Assembly: GCF_964204645.1 (NCBI RefSeq)
Contig: NC_134025.1
Location: forward strand, 16,653,101-16,717,100
Origin: Tubulanus polymorphus
Taxonomy: Eukaryota > Animalia > Nemertea
Direction: 5' to 3'
DNA: 64,000 nucleotides
Of this stretch, positions 12,276 to 26,642 are shown piece by piece. Position 1 is the stretch's first letter; every line of letters starts with the position of its first letter. A program made the position numbers and the translations under genes. The notes under the pieces are model-generated. The model had not been told where the DNA came from, made no database searches, and worked only from the letters and a program-made list of their open reading frames with translations.

Positions 12276-15200
12276 ATGGACAGTGCGGTAAAAAGTCTGA
12301 CCGATTTACTTCGAGACGGGCAGATTACAGTCGCAACACAAGCCGATGCCATCAACCAGTTGACCCGCAGACCGACGCCACCTCCGAGAAAGCCAAAACC
12401 CGCCCCCAGAAAACCCAAGTACAAGGTAGAAAACATTATACCGGACGATGATCCGATTTGGGATGAGATTCTACCGGAGCCAGAACCCGCGTTTCATAGG
12501 GCCCCGTTTGCTATCCAAAATTATCTGAGGGCCTGGGTTTTGAGGCCAGTCACCGATGTGACTGATCCGTCGATATTCTTGCGCGAACAGCAGAACAATG
12601 TAAGGGAGAAGTTAGTCGAGGAGATCATTGACCTTAAGGGTGTAAAATTCTCCATTGCTCTGCGGGTTTCGTTGAGGAAGGAGAAGAACGACGGCACCTA
12701 TGCGCACGTCGAGCCGCCCTTCTGGTCGAAGCAATACGTTCTATCGAAGGCGGCTAACATAAATGAGGAGTTGGGTAAAGCTGAAGCTAGGGTTTTACAA
12801 AGTATTGAGAATTATATGAGAGAAGGTTCCGGATGGGCTGTAGAGAGGGGAGTCGAACTATTCCTGAATATCGCCAGATATCAACCGTTGAGAGGCGGTT
12901 CTTATATCGACCTCCCCGTCACAGTCAAGAGAAGACACGCCGTCGTAAATGTCAAAAATAGAGATGATCACTGCCTTAAGTGGTCAATACTGGCCTCGAA
13001 ATACCCCGTAGAGAGAGACCCCCAGAGGCCATCGAAATATGCGAATCACTGGGACCAGCTTGACTTTACAGGCATCGATTCACCGACACCATTGAGTCAG
13101 ATTCCTATGGTCGAACGACAAAACGGACTGGCAATCAACGTGTTCGGGTATGACAAAGGCGTGTACCCATTGCATATCAGCGATGGCCCGGCCCCCATTC
13201 CTAGAATTAACTTGCTACTCGTAGAGAGCGGTGAGAAAAAGCATTACACATGGATCAAAGACCTCAATCGCCTGTTGTTCACCAAGAGTAATGCAGCTAT
13301 CAATGTGAACCCTGACCCCCCCTAGTTCATCCATCGCCAGGATTTCGACGTGAAAATTGGTGGATCCTGAACGAAGACTTTTTTAGTAATTAACGAATCT
13401 CTGGCGAACCCAAAAGAAATGGGTGTCGTATCTCTATCGAATGCGTGACGATTATGTATTCATTGAGCATCGAATGTCTGGCGGATTCCAATCTAAACCT
13501 ACTTCGAAAGTCTGACGAAAAGCGGTTTGATATGCGGTTTGAACATACGGGACATATAGTCAGTTTACCTTCCGTTGTTACGCTCCCGATCGGATATGTC
13601 GCTTCACTAAAACGTCAGGTCGCCAGAGCCTCTATATCGTGGGAAATTCTCACAGAAGTTGTCACATTTAATTGTTAGCTTAGCATTATTTATCACTTCA
13701 ATCTTCATTAAAATAAACAGCATAAGTTCTATTTCAACTCTTTGGAGCTATTATATTACATGGTTCCCCTAAAGCCCAAACCAGCCACTTGACTGGTATT
13801 TCTTTTACAATGAAGTTTGATCTTGGAAGAAACATGACGTTGCTTCATCTATCATGTCTGCAGCATGTCACTGCTGTTTCAAAAGGCTTATAAAATGAGT
13901 TAAGTTTTGTTAAGATTTTATAGTTTTAATAAAAGAAATGAAATTAATAAACATGCTACATTGTGTCGAATACCTGGCGTATTGTATTTCTTAAGGAAAT
14001 CTGTCTAGTGGAAAGCTGTCGAAGCCCTGACGAGGTTATTCTATAAAAGTGACGAAAACCTGACTAATGTCATCTATGGTAATAGTGATAATCTGTCGAA
14101 ACCTGAGCGGAAAGATTTATGGTATGTGTCGAATTGGAGTCGAATGTCTGAACTAGGGGGGGGGGTCAGGGTTCACATTGATAGCTGCATAAGTTTGAAG
14201 GGAGGAAACACTTCTGCAAGCGGTGCCTTCATTGTTTCACCAGAGAAGATCTCCTGGAGAGGCACAGGTCAGATTGTCGAGGAGTCAACGGACGTCCAAT
14301 GCGTACCAGTATGCCCTCGGAGGAGGACAAAGTGTTGCGGTTCACCAATCATTACAAGCAGCTCAAGATTCCGTTCGTCATCTACGCCGACTTCGAAGCC
14401 ATTACAACCAAATTCGAGAGCCCCGGAAGGAACCCGAACCAGAAAGGTAGCGAAAAGACGCTGCGGCGGTATTTCTTCAGCACCTCCAAGGGGAAGAGGA
14501 GAAAATCAAGGGCGTGCTCGCCCATCCCGCGCCTATGGTAACTACTCGGGAGGAGCAAACGTCATTCGAGGAAGCGGAAAATTGCTACGTATGCGACAAA
14601 CTACTCTATGAGGATCGAGTCAGGGATCACGATCACATAACGGGTGACTACCGGGGCCCGGCCCACAACGAGTGCAACCTCAAGTTGCGACTGTCCGCGA
14701 AATACACGCCTATACCGGTCGTGTTTCACAACCTCCGCGGTTACGACTCTCATCTCATCATGCAGACAATCGGTCGGACTGAAGGAAAGATAACGTGCAT
14801 CCCGAATAACATGGATAAGTACATCTCATTCAGTCTCGGTAATTTGCGGTTCATCGATTCTGTGCAGTTCTTGCTGGCCCCACTTGACAGACTGGTTGCG
14901 TCAGCCGCTAAGGAGAGCTTTACGCTGACAGCCGCGGCCGAACCTGTACCCGAAAAACTAGAGCTGTTACTGAGAAAGGGCGTATACCCATACGAGTACA
15001 TGGACAGTTGGGAGAAATTCCAGGATACCCAGCTTCCGTCAAAAGAAGCCTTCTACAGCAAGCTATCAGAGGCGGGAATCAGCGATCAAGACTACGCCCA
15101 CGCGCAAAAGGTATGGGCCACGTTTCAGTGCCGTACTATGGGTGACTACCACGACCTCTATCTGAGGACCGATACGGTTCTTCTCGCCGATGTATTCGAG

Positions 15201-16541
15201 AATTTCAGGTCCACTTGCGTGAAGCAGTACGGCCTAGATCCTGCACAGTATTACACCAGCCCGGGTCTTAGCTGGGACGCTCTACTTAAGAAAACAGAGG
15301 TTAAACTAGAGCTCTTATTGGACTACGACCAGTTCTTATTCATCGAAAAGGGTCTGCGAGGTGGCATTTCCATGGTCAGCAAACGCCACTGCAGGGCCAA
15401 CAATCCTTTGGTTCCCGGTCACGATCCAAAGAAGCCGACGACACACATAATGTACCTTGACGCGAATAACTTATATGGCTAGGCTATGTCGCAACACCTG
15501 CCTACGGGCGGATTCCTGGAATACCCCAGGGGGCTGCACGACTCGCACAACGAGTACCCACTGGCACCGGAAAGGCTAAAGGTTCAAGAAGCATTGGATG
15601 TCGCAGTACCAGCAAGATCTGTTAGGAAGACTGGGGGGTTCGACCGAAACGGAAAAACTGGTGCCTAATCACCGCAACAAGGAGAGATACGTCGTTCATT
15701 ACAGGAACCTTAAGTTGTACCTGGAGCTAGGACTGAAGCTCACAAAGATTCATCGCGCCCTCGAATTCGACCAATCGCCGTGGATGGAGCCGTATATAAG
15801 ACTGAACACAAAACTAAGAAAACTAGCAACCAGCGACTTCGGGAAGGACCTGTACAAACTGATGAATAACTCCGTATTCGGCAAGACCATGGAAAATCTT
15901 AGACGCAGGGTAGACGTGAAGCTTGTCAGATCAAACGAGGAAGACAGGTTGAGGAAGTTGATAGCCAAGCCGAACTTCGCCAGGTCCAAGGTGTTTGACG
16001 ACGATCTTGCCGCGCTGCACATGTACAAGACTAATCTGTACCTGAATAGGCCCATTTACGTAGGGATATCCATGCTCGATCTCAGCAAGCTGCTGATGTA
16101 CGACTTCTACTATAACCACATGCAACAGGTATACGGCGATCGTACTCGATTGATGTACACTGACACCGACAGTCTCCTGCTAGAGATTGAGACGGAAGAC
16201 ATCTACGAAGACATGGAATCGAACAACGACCTTTACGATACTAGCGATTACCCGGGAAATCACCCGCTGCATAGCAACGTCAACAAGAAGGTTCTAGGTA
16301 AGATGAAAGACGAGTGCGCGAGGAATGTCTGTTCCAAAAGAAGGTCTTCCAGCACGGAATGAATATGCTGAGAAGCGAGGGTCACAAAATGTACGGCCTG
16401 CGTATGACAAAGCAGAGTCTCAGTCCCTTCGACAGTAAGAGGTGGATCGCCGACGATGGTATCGCTACGCTCGCTTACGGCCACAAAAATGCCAGGACTC
16501 CGTTGGACGAGTACGTTGAGGAATTGCTCAACGAACTTTAG
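12276..16541 (+). pseudogene. Element B protein-primed DNA polymerase B
   Basis: EGSGW, YQPLRGGSYI, PFVIYADFEA, CYVC..RDHDHITGDYRGPAHNECNL, FHNLRGYD, KGVYPYEY, YLDANNLYG, KLMNNSVFGK, YTDTDS, SLSPFDSKRW. Broken by a MITE, a TAG at 15480, frameshifts and deletions. Confidence 0.96.
13292..14189. mobile_element. 898-bp non-autonomous TIR element with a TAA TSD (PIF/Harbinger-like target)
   Basis: TIR TGCAGCTATCAATGTGAACCCTGACCCCCCCTAGTTCA at both ends; TAA at 13289-13291 and 14190-14192. Removal restores FTKSKFEGRKHFCKRCLHCF. Superfamily is inferred from the TSD only. Confidence 0.9.
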
Positions 16542-17564
16542 ATCGCAGGCTGTACCTGCTATTCGAGGGCATTACCGCTTCGGGTGACAAACCCTCCTTG
16601 TGCTTGATAGTCTGCTTTATCTTGTGCTCTTTGTCGGCTACGGACACAGCGTCTACCGTCGTCTTCTCTTCAGCTGGAGGTATCACTAGTTGCAGATCGT
16701 CCAACCTAGCTGATTCTCCATTATCGAGGACCCCTTTTAAGCCTTCCACAGACGCGAGGGAGTGCACTGTTTGGCCCCATATCTGTTTGTAACCCTTTTT
16801 GAACACGGGTCTTTTCAGCTTTTTCCTTACACTGTCGCCTGGCTTGAACGGGCTCTCAGGGGGTTCGGATTTGCCGATATTTTCGAACAGTAACCTTTCT
16901 TCATTTCGGGATTCTCCGGCCTATTCGGGAGTCATATCTGAAATACCCCCGTGAGGTGTAGCGTTGTAGCCATCTACGTAATCTTGCAAACGATCGTACC
17001 ACACGACGGTTTCTCTTTGGTGAAATCCTTGAAAATGATCTCCTTTATCGTCCTAGACAGCCTGTCGATGATGCCAAGCGCTTTGTGGTCGCCAACTTCA
17101 ACAGTCCTGTGTTCAATTCCCCGCGTCCTAAACATTTCTTGCATCGGTTTGTTTAGAAACTCCGATCCGGAATCGGTGACTAACAGAGTCACTTTCTCCT
17201 CGCCGAGACCTTCCATGATTGCCTCGAATCCCTCTTTGACGGCTTCCTTGCTCTTCTTTTTCAACGGCTGCGCGTAGGCCTTTCGAGTGAATACGTCAAC
17301 GCAAAGTAGAATCCACTTGTATCCCTTGTTTCGACGACCGTAGTTCGACAGATCCAGTAGGTCCGCGAACCAAAGGCAGTTTTCGCAGTTGGCTACGATA
17401 TGTCCTTGAATTTGTCTGCGCGTCTTTTTATGTAGCTGATAAGTCTTCTTCGCCGATACGAACTTGTCAACTTCTGCGAAGGTAACACCGGGATCACGCT
17501 TTTTCATAATTCTGTACAGTTTCAGGGCCGACGGGTAGCCGTGTTTCGTCCAAACCTCTTCCAT
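16528..17564 (-). pseudogene. Element B retroviral-like (RVE) integrase, frameshifted
   Basis: WFADLLDL, WILLCVDVFTRKAYA, LVTDSGSEF, IIDRLSRTIK, and FKKGYKQIW in a downstream frame. Confidence 0.93.
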
Positions 17565-17576
17565 CTTTCCCTATAC

Positions 17577-18005
17577 CTACTTCTTGAGAAAATGCACACC
17601 AGACGCTACGATTACTGCTGTACCTAACGCGAACGCTAGTTTGTCCTTTTGTCTGACCGTAAGAGGAGTGTTGGGAGGGTGGGAGGGCCTAGGTGGGGGA
17701 GGGGCCTCGCGTACCGCTGTTTGCATATCGCAAACCACTTTGCTCTTTTCCGTGGTAACTATTTTTGGCGGTGGCCGTGCCTCATTGACGTCATTGATTC
17801 CGAACTTCATTTTGTCGGTAGCCACTCTAATGTTGTTATTGTAGCGTACTAAGCTTCCCATTTTCAGCACCATGTCACTCGGCATCAGGTAGAGGTTTGG
17901 TCCGACAGCGAAATCGAGTTTACTGTGCGTCTGACTGATAGCGTTTTGATAGTGCCGAATGGAATCTACCAAAGTCTGAGAGCCTTCGCCGTGTACGGCG
18001 TCCTC
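17577..18005 (-). pseudogene. C-terminal half of a conserved Polinton protein (WQNQLNFA family, function unknown), split by AcademH
   Basis: EDAVHGEGSQTLVDSIRHYQ...AVGPNLYLMPSDMVLKMG...YNN aligns by eye with A's ORF 46685-47089 and ends in a hydrophobic helix. It joins 29329-30085 across the TSD. Confidence 0.88.
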
Positions 18006-19263
18006 CATCCTCGCTTGCCAGGGGTCCGGTATCACTCCCGAACTCGCTTCCACCAGCCCCCTGGCCTCACGAAGCGTGATTTCATTACTGGCGCTGCTGC
18101 GCATGACGTCATTATAACAAAGATGGCGGCGCCCACGAATGTCGAGCTGTGCTTCATTTGCGACGCTATTTGCCCACCGGGTAAAAGATTTTTGATTCTT
18201 CACAGTTCGTATGATAACTTGAGACCCATTTATAATGACATTAAGCAGGAATGTGTAGCTTTGAGTGGAGTAATTCATAATGAAAGTGGCGAAATTCAAA
18301 ATCGTGATGAAGTTTTCAAAAAAAAAAGAAAAACTCTGGCTCAGATTAGGGGGAGTCCCATCATCAACAACAATGTCAATGGCAACAACAACACCAGCTT
18401 TGAGTTCAACAACGAGTGGAGTAAAAAGAGAGCACAGGGGTTCCCCTGCATCTGATATTGATATACCATCGAACAAAAGACTTGCGCTTGGAAAAACACC
18501 ACCTCAGACACGGTGTCGGAGGAAGCTAATTGTATCACCGTCTCCGGTAAGTTAAGGCATATTATGATCTTATACAAAAAAAATTAAATTTTATTCAGTG
18601 AATAATCTGATAACAATGTAAATGATTGAGGCTGAACCGTATAGGCCTATAGAATTACAACACATGTGTTAAAAAGATTGAATATATACAAATAAGAGAC
18701 CTGTAAAACAAGTACAATGCTAACAAAATAACGAATGAAATTATAGTAGAATGTAGAACAAATTATGGTCATTGACACTGCATCTTGTTTAGATTACATT
18801 TTACTTTGTTTAATGTTTACTCATCTTACTAATATGCCTCTCGATGTTATGACTAGGCTTTAGCTACCAATAATTCACACAACCTTGTTATAATTTTCAG
18901 TCTAAGAAGTTGTTGATCCAGAAGAAAAAATCCAGCCCCGGTCAAAGAAAGTCAACTGTTCCATATGTTAAGGTAGGCCTATCATTGAAAGACAAATTTT
19001 TCTTAGTTTATTACCGATACTGAAATTGAGATTTAAAAAAGTTTCACTCTCGATGAAAATGCGTGTTTTGTTTCAATGCAGCCTTTTAAGAAGTCATTAG
19101 CTTATATATATTGTATATTTCCAGATCATTGTGAATTTCCCTTCACAAGTTAAATCGAAAATTGTGACAGACAAGTGCTTCCAAAAGATCCTGAAACTGA
19201 TGGTGTTTTCCAAACCCCGGCATTCCATAGCGAAGGCGTTAGTTGAATCAAGACTTAAAGATT

Positions 19264-21646
19264 CGGTTCCTGAACTTCGCTGAAAAAGCTGAAACACTGA
19301 AAAGCTGAAACGCTGAAATAAAAACGCTGAAATTTCAGGGAATTTCCGAAAAACGCCGAAATTTCAGGGAATTCCCGAAAAACGCTGAAATCGTGCTAGG
19401 TACCGACAATACACGTTTTGAAATGTTTTCCGGGCCGGTGTCCGCTGACGAGTCCTGAACCGTGTTTTATGCTCTACCTTCGGTTACAGAGACATGCCCG
19501 AAGGTCGTCGTCATGATCGACTTGATCGATTGCGGATTGCGTGGATTGTTAGATGTGTTTTTTGCCATAGTTTTATGTGCATATACCGGTACGATCTAAC
19601 AATGAAGTTATCACTTCATTTGAATAAATTCTTAATCACAGTAATATTAATTCACAATATTTTTTCTTATGTTTGGTGATTTCTTGCAACTTATCATTGC
19701 CAAGTCTCATACAAGTAGTAGCTGAATGAAAGTACAGTTGAAAGTACAGTTGGGTTATCAGGCTGAACCTGATAACCCAAATTAAGTGCTAGCATGGAAC
19801 TAATGATTATTTTGATTCTATTTTCGGTGTCATTGAAATTCGTTAATAAAGGTTCAACCGTCATAGTATACTGTACTTAGCATTGCTACAATTGGGTGCC
19901 ATATTTCTACAATTTCTACAAGGAGGAAGGAATCTTTAAGTGTCTTTGTTCCCGGGTAGGGTACGGGGTAAAACCTGGTTTACTTTCTCTTTCGACTTGC
20001 CGGAGACTACTATCTGCAATGTATTGCATGCTTTGATGTGTCTGGCCTATAGGAGTCGAACGATATTTTTTTCCCATACACAGGCATGGCTTTAGTGTAG
20101 ATGAAGGCTAGGCACTGCACATTGTGGATTGACTGGAACTCTTAACTCACAAAATTAAACGAGTCAACAAGAAAGATCCAATAATTGGACATTTGTCTAA
20201 CTATATTATTTAACAGCTTGAAATAATACATAACACATTCTGCAAGAGTATACAAAGGAAATCAGTTCTTACATTATATCAGAATCAATAGTTCGCTTAA
20301 CTAGAATTCTGGTTCCATTGCTTCATATTCTAATGAAATCCACTAGTATACCTTAGAATATCGCTTAGCTTAAGACTAAAAATTTGGTACCAGGAAACAG
20401 GGAAGAAAAGTGGGTGTACTGTACATCCGCAATTGACTTATTTCTCTCTGGTTGAATCAAGTTATAATTGAAATAGCATTCGAATAGCCATTTTATTTTT
20501 AAAAATTGTGTCATTCAGCTATCCTGCTGCAAATTTCGCAGTTGAAGTTTACTGGTGCCATCTGATTTCTCAGTATCTCAAAAAATTTGCACATTCTAAG
20601 CCTGAATCTAAAAATAGAAAAAGGTGCATTTTAGTCGGATATAAAAGAATAGTGGCTAATACACCCTGGACTATATAGCCTATGGGGTGGGCCTAGTTTG
20701 AAAGCACTGAGGTCCGAGAGAACAGCACTTAGTAAATAAATACTGAAATTAAACTTACAAAACACCCAGTACTTGAGATGATGTACTTGACAAGAAGTGT
20801 CACCAGCTAAGCAAATCAACTTTGTCTATGACTCCTCCTTTTATAGATTCAGTAGTAGTCTAAAAATAAGAATCTGTACATTTTTCTAACAGTTGGTATG
20901 TCATTTCTTCAAAAAAACTAATTATTATCACGCCACAGCAAATAAATTATTCACAGTTGTTGAATGGTTAGCCCGATTTAGATTAATTGGTTGACGCTAA
21001 TCAGTATGACCCATACGTAGGGGCCTACTGCATGCCATTGGCGTCAATCCATTCCATTCCATTCCACAGTGAATTAAAAAGAAATTTAGTTAGATCCCTT
21101 TTGTCCAAAAGCTGCATCATTTATATAACTAGCTGTCAAATTTAATTTACCTCCTTCAGAGAATACCATAGTGACATAGTCCGTCGCCCATCAACGTGTT
21201 GACAAAAGAAAAGTTGCTCCATGTTTTATACATGAACGTTCAAATAAGATATTTTGCGTCTTGCAGGGAATATTGAGCATAGTGTTTAAGTTGGCTTGCA
21301 CGGATTGTGAATGGGTTTTCCTCATTATGCTGCCTGTATGCATTAAAAATCCGGATTTCAAGCGAATTAATTTGTCCAACAAGTGGCCCTCTAAAAGTAT
21401 ACTCCACACATACTGTCCATGCGTGTCTCTGTAACCGAAGGTAGAGACTAAAACACGGTTCAGGACTCGGCAGCGGACACCGGCCCGGAAAATATTTCAA
21501 AACGTGTATTGTTGGTACCTAGCACGATTTCAGCGTTTTTCGGGAATTCCCTGAAATTTCGGCGTTTTTCGGAAATTCCCTGAAATTTCAGCGTTTTTAT
21601 TTCAGCGTTTCAGTGATTCAGCTTTTTCAGCGAAGTTCAGGAACCG
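19264..21646. mobile_element. Non-autonomous MULE/MuDR-like element with ~230-bp TIRs
   Basis: TIR CGGTTCCTGAACTTCGCTGAAAAAGCTGAA... and a 9-bp TSD TTAAAGATT (19255-19263, 21647-21655). Removal restores the exon frame ALVESRLKDSITEVF. Confidence 0.92.
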
Positions 21647-24600
21647 TTAAAGATTCCATCACTGAGGTGTTCATACAAATGTTGAATAAGGAGATTAAGG
21701 AACTTACACGAGATGGCGCTTATTCCCGAAAAACATCAGCCAAAGATATTATAGACTTCAACATCCAACTACTTGTTGATGAATGGCAAGCCAAGTCACC
21801 CATGTTTCATAAGATCATGATGTCCATCATGCCACCAAAGAAGGCCCAGATACCTGTGATAGCAATGTGTGGTAGTATCATGCTATTCAACAGGAACAAC
21901 CAGGCTAGCAGATTGCAACACATATTGGCATTACTTCTTGATAAAGCTGCTTAAGATGAGGTTAGTTTTCAGCTTACAGATTTTCAGCAGTGCATGAATA
22001 TACAAAAAAAGTGATTATGACATTTTAAGCCTTTTTGATTGTACACTAACTTTAATGATGACCGAATTCATGTACATTTTATATTTGGATTAGAGTATGA
22101 TGGTAAAGGTAACTTTCACAAGAATGAAATGTTTTTATGTCAATCTTGAAATTGTTATATGATGTATTATGATGGCTTTATTCTTTTCAGATATTCCATT
22201 TCCTGAACAAACTCGGTATTACTACTTCTTCAAAATCCATATATAGGATGAAGCACAAGTTAACTCAGCAGCACGATCATAAAAAGAAGGAATTCACAGG
22301 GTATGGTGAAGAGGTAAAAAAGGAACGCTCAGTTGAATATTATGATTCTAAAGTAAAGAATATTGGACCTACATCTCTAGTAATTGACCACCCTGTTGAT
22401 AGTACATGTACGCTTACACTTTGTAATACACATCCTACTGTGGGTGAGGTAGAAGTCAGAGAAACTGAAAGTGTTGACAGAGCTGTATCTTCAGTAATTG
22501 ATCGTATAGTTGATAGCACACCTATACCCTGTAATACGCCACCCTCTACATATCCCACTTTGGCTGGGGAAGAAACCGAAAGTGTTGTATCTGCCGTAAT
22601 GGATCGTGTAGTTGATAGTACATGTGATCATATACTTCATAATACATGTAATACGCCCTCTAAATATCTTACGGTTGCTGAGCCGGAAACCACCTCAAAC
22701 CGTCCTTCTTGTCCACCTTTTGAAATCTATGGTGATAATCTAGATCTAACTATTTCACCCTCGTACATGATGAAGAATGCGCAAAGGAAAAGCATACACT
22801 GGTTTTTGCTGCTTGCTGCTAAGAAGCGTGTACTTGGTATTGGTCTTGATGAAACAAAACCTAAGAGGGATATATCAACAGTGCCTGTGATTGAATTTCT
22901 TCCTAATAAACAGGAACTTACTTCGATTGAAAGACATTTTTCGATCCACATAGCCCGTGTCATGATCAAGAACCTGGGATTCTTAAAACAGTATCAGGAA
23001 CTTCAATCAGAGTTAGAAATAAAGCATCCCTACATAAATGAGATGGATAAAAAAAGTGAAATTCTCATCACTGATTTGCTTGAGGAGAATGAAAATGAAA
23101 CTGCCGGCATTATTAGGATACTCGAGTATGTTCAAGGGAACTTTGTGCCTCGTACAGACTCTAATCCTCCGAAGCTCCTGGGGAAGCTCGTCTTGGGAGG
23201 TGATGTGTGAACGAATGAGCGTGCTTACACAGCCCAGTTGGCTATGCTGAATGGTGAAACGGATGCACAGCGGCTTGGGGGCATCATACACAGACCGGAA
23301 GGCTTGCATCGGATCATGAACCTCACCCTGGTGACATTTTACATATCGTTCTATGTTCGGATAGATTAGCGTTGATCTTTTTCATAGAAGTAATTATTTT
23401 CATCCTAAAAAACCTGATATGAACATGTACTAACAACATCTTACCAATCAATTAGTAATTTTTAGTTTCATCAGGGGAATTGGGAGTACCTCTTCCTCTG
23501 CAATGCCTGCAGCCAGATGAAAACCTAATTACCCACTTTCTTGCATAAATGAAGAATGAGAACCTGGCTTTTGGCATAGTTTGTTGTAACTTACACTCCA
23601 TATTATCTTTGCTGCTTATGCGGTTGAAACAGCTAAATGATCTGATGAGGTTAATATAGTAGAACTCACACAATTCAGACTTTTCATTAAGGATTTTCAC
23701 TTAATTTGCTTAATTCAATTAAAACCATGTCAACTATTATTCATAATTCGGATTTTATTTGGAAATTCGAAGAAATCTGGCCAGTCCCTAGTCGTCTGAA
23801 TTAAGTGGGTTCCACTGTAATTTCCTGACATCAATTATCACCATACTAGCAAAGTACCCGTCCTGCCGGACGGGTAGAATAGAATAAATCACTAAGGTGC
23901 GGATAAAAATAATATAACATTTATTTATCGATATGAAATCTACACTATAAGTCAGGCATTAGAAACAAATATCAAAGAATAGAAAAATTATTAAAATATT
24001 TCGCTGTAAACTATGTTTTTGGTTTGTTTTTGAGGGGTGAGTACTGTAACACGATCACGGGTACCTACTCTGGAAAGGGAAACATAGAGCATGCCATGTG
24101 TGAATGGTGAATTCCAGTCCAATGTATCTGAGTCTCTGTAGAAAACCGAGCAACAGCTGATGCTCACATCGCAGTAATCTCTACTATTAGATTCCCCGCG
24201 AGGTCACCCGCGGCCGCTAGACTGATGCACCCATAGTATAGCTATATCCTTATTGAAACTAAGTTCCACTATAGTATATTAATGACATGCGTAACTGTGA
24301 TAAGAATCATTGATATATAATATATTAATTTTTCTTTCAGCTTATTTACCAACTGTTCTACAAGATGGAGAGTGCTGCTGTAAGGGGTTCCATGTACCAA
24401 CTGAGGAATGTTATAAATCGTAGAGATGTCACTGGACCTAAAAAGATCACAGACTCGTTTAGGTTAGTAGAGGTAGTGTCACCCTGATATAAGTCACCCA
24501 ATATCTACAATTTCATATTGAAATGTTTGTAATATTTCATATCTCTTACTACATGAAATACTTAATAATAATCAAAATCCTGCCAATACAACCAGCCAGT

Positions 24601-25427
24601 ACAGTAGCTAATTTTGTTCCAGTCATACCCATAATGCTTTCTCTACTGATGCCTGTACAAGTGTCATGTTTATTATGAAAGGATTATAAATTTCTACTTT
24701 CAGGGCCCATTATACATTTTTGATGGATGTTCTAGATGCTTACATATTGGCAGCATGTGTACAGCATTTCGATTTGAAAGATTCTGACCTCGATGCTGAA
24801 CCTAGAAGGAATGCGCCACTAACCGAATCATTCATTACAACAGATTGGATTCTCCATCAGAGTAGAGAAATTCTACAACATTTTGGTAAAGGACAATCAT
24901 TGTGTCAGGCATCGGAGATTCTCAAAACCACAGACGAAGAATTACTGCTCGCAGAATTCAAAGAGAGGACTGGTAAGTAAGAATCTCTATTGATTAATTC
25001 CTATCTATATCATACGAATCGCAATATACCATTACTGTAAACTACTTGTATTGTTATCAATCTAAAACACTTTTGATCTTGGCAAAGATAACTTAAATCA
25101 TACATTGAGCTATTGTTGCAGACTAATCTCGAAAATCTGTAAGTTGAAAGGCTTTTAGATTTTGAATGCGCTGATATTCACTCATACTTCTATCCTTTCA
25201 GGATATGTTTGTCTCTGTGGAAGGAAATATAAACTGACTAGTAACCTCAGGAAACATCTGACAGAAATACATGATTGGGTATTTGAGCAGGAACAGATTA
25301 AGACAGAGGACACTTGGCCAGCGGTGGCTGCTGCATTTATGCAGTGTGGACTCTTGCTTCGGGACACCTATGATGCATATCGTCATGAAGATGGAGATCG
25401 TGCATTCTTGAATGCTAAGGTCGAGAT

Positions 25428-26642
25428 GTTGTTAGGCTTGCAAGTGATACACCGGTCACAATCCTCTCTTTAATCGTTATCTATTAAAATACTTGAGTAA
25501 GGCCCTGGCGAGAGAACGTGTCCGTGCACAAATCCGAATGAATAAACTGAAATACCGGATGATAATATTGAAGATAATATATTTTATTTACCTTGAACCT
25601 GAGAATGATTTTCCTAATCCCTATTATATGAATCCCTATCGTTCCGAAGCTTCTCCTGTCCTGCTGTTGACACTCGTCTTACTAAGGTACAGATTCTCCC
25701 GATTGACTGCTCTCTCAAGATGCGGGTCCCTTTTATAGAAAGAATCGGCATTCTTAAAATACCGACTCTCCCACTCGACTTTTGGCAAGGAGCAGCAACC
25801 TTACTGTCATGACTGTTTTGGTCATATAGAATTTGGCCTTAATGATTCGCTGATCTAAAATTATTTTCAAAACTGATTTGCTAAACTAACTTTTTCCTTC
25901 CAACCCTCCTGTCATGACGCGTTGTGATTTACTCACTCCTTGCTAGTCGTTGTTGAGAGAGCAGCTATTGTCTGTGAATTACCAACGAGCGCATACAGAC
26001 AACAGAAACTTCAGACAGCTAGTTTTAACATTTAACACAAATTAATTTTTCTAAAACATTAGCGGTTATTAACAATTTGTTCTTAAACAACATCTAGATT
26101 ACTCAAATTAAATATCTTTTCAAAACTTTGTTTTCTTTTCTAATTACAGTACAAATTCATTGTTTCTTTTTTAATTATTATAATTAACTACGATTTGGAA
26201 TACATTGTGATTGATTATCAATTCTTAAATTATTTGAAATACTTATACTAATTATTTTATCTACAATTTAACTAATTCTATTTTAATACAGGATAAGCAA
26301 AACAACCACATCTTCCTAAACTTCCGGTTTTTCCTTTTACGGAAAGTAGCCGGGAATATCATCAAGTATCAGCGTGATCCCTTCACGAGCCTCATTATAA
26401 ATACACTCCATTGTTCCGACCCAACCAAATATGGTTCCAACTATTTAAAAGTTTTATATAAAGATTTTCTGAATGTTTGCCAGATCTCACAGCAGAAGAA
26501 CCGAGAAAGAATTGTTGTTTATAGACTGATTTATGGTTTGCGTTGGTAGATGAAAGCATCAAACAAGAACTTTCGTAATTCTTACTACTAGTACGTTCTT
26601 GTCAGACGGCTTTAACGTAACCCCCACGCATACGGAAACAAC
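25428..26642. mobile_element. Possible LTR-derived insertion replacing part of the AcademH transposase
   Basis: Transposase coding stops abruptly at KVEMLL. The segment is bounded by TGTT...AACA but has no TSD. Confidence 0.3.

Noticed and set aside
14024-14066. Hammerhead-like CTGACGA...GAAA inside the TAA MITE
   Set aside because: Stems I and III and a cleavage triplet cannot be formed convincingly, and TGACGAAA/GTCGAA words are common subterminal repeats in this element.
17577-18476. 299-aa minus-strand ORF as one gene
   Set aside because: It is a chimera. The part above 18005 is antisense AcademH sequence; only the C-terminal part is the Polinton gene.
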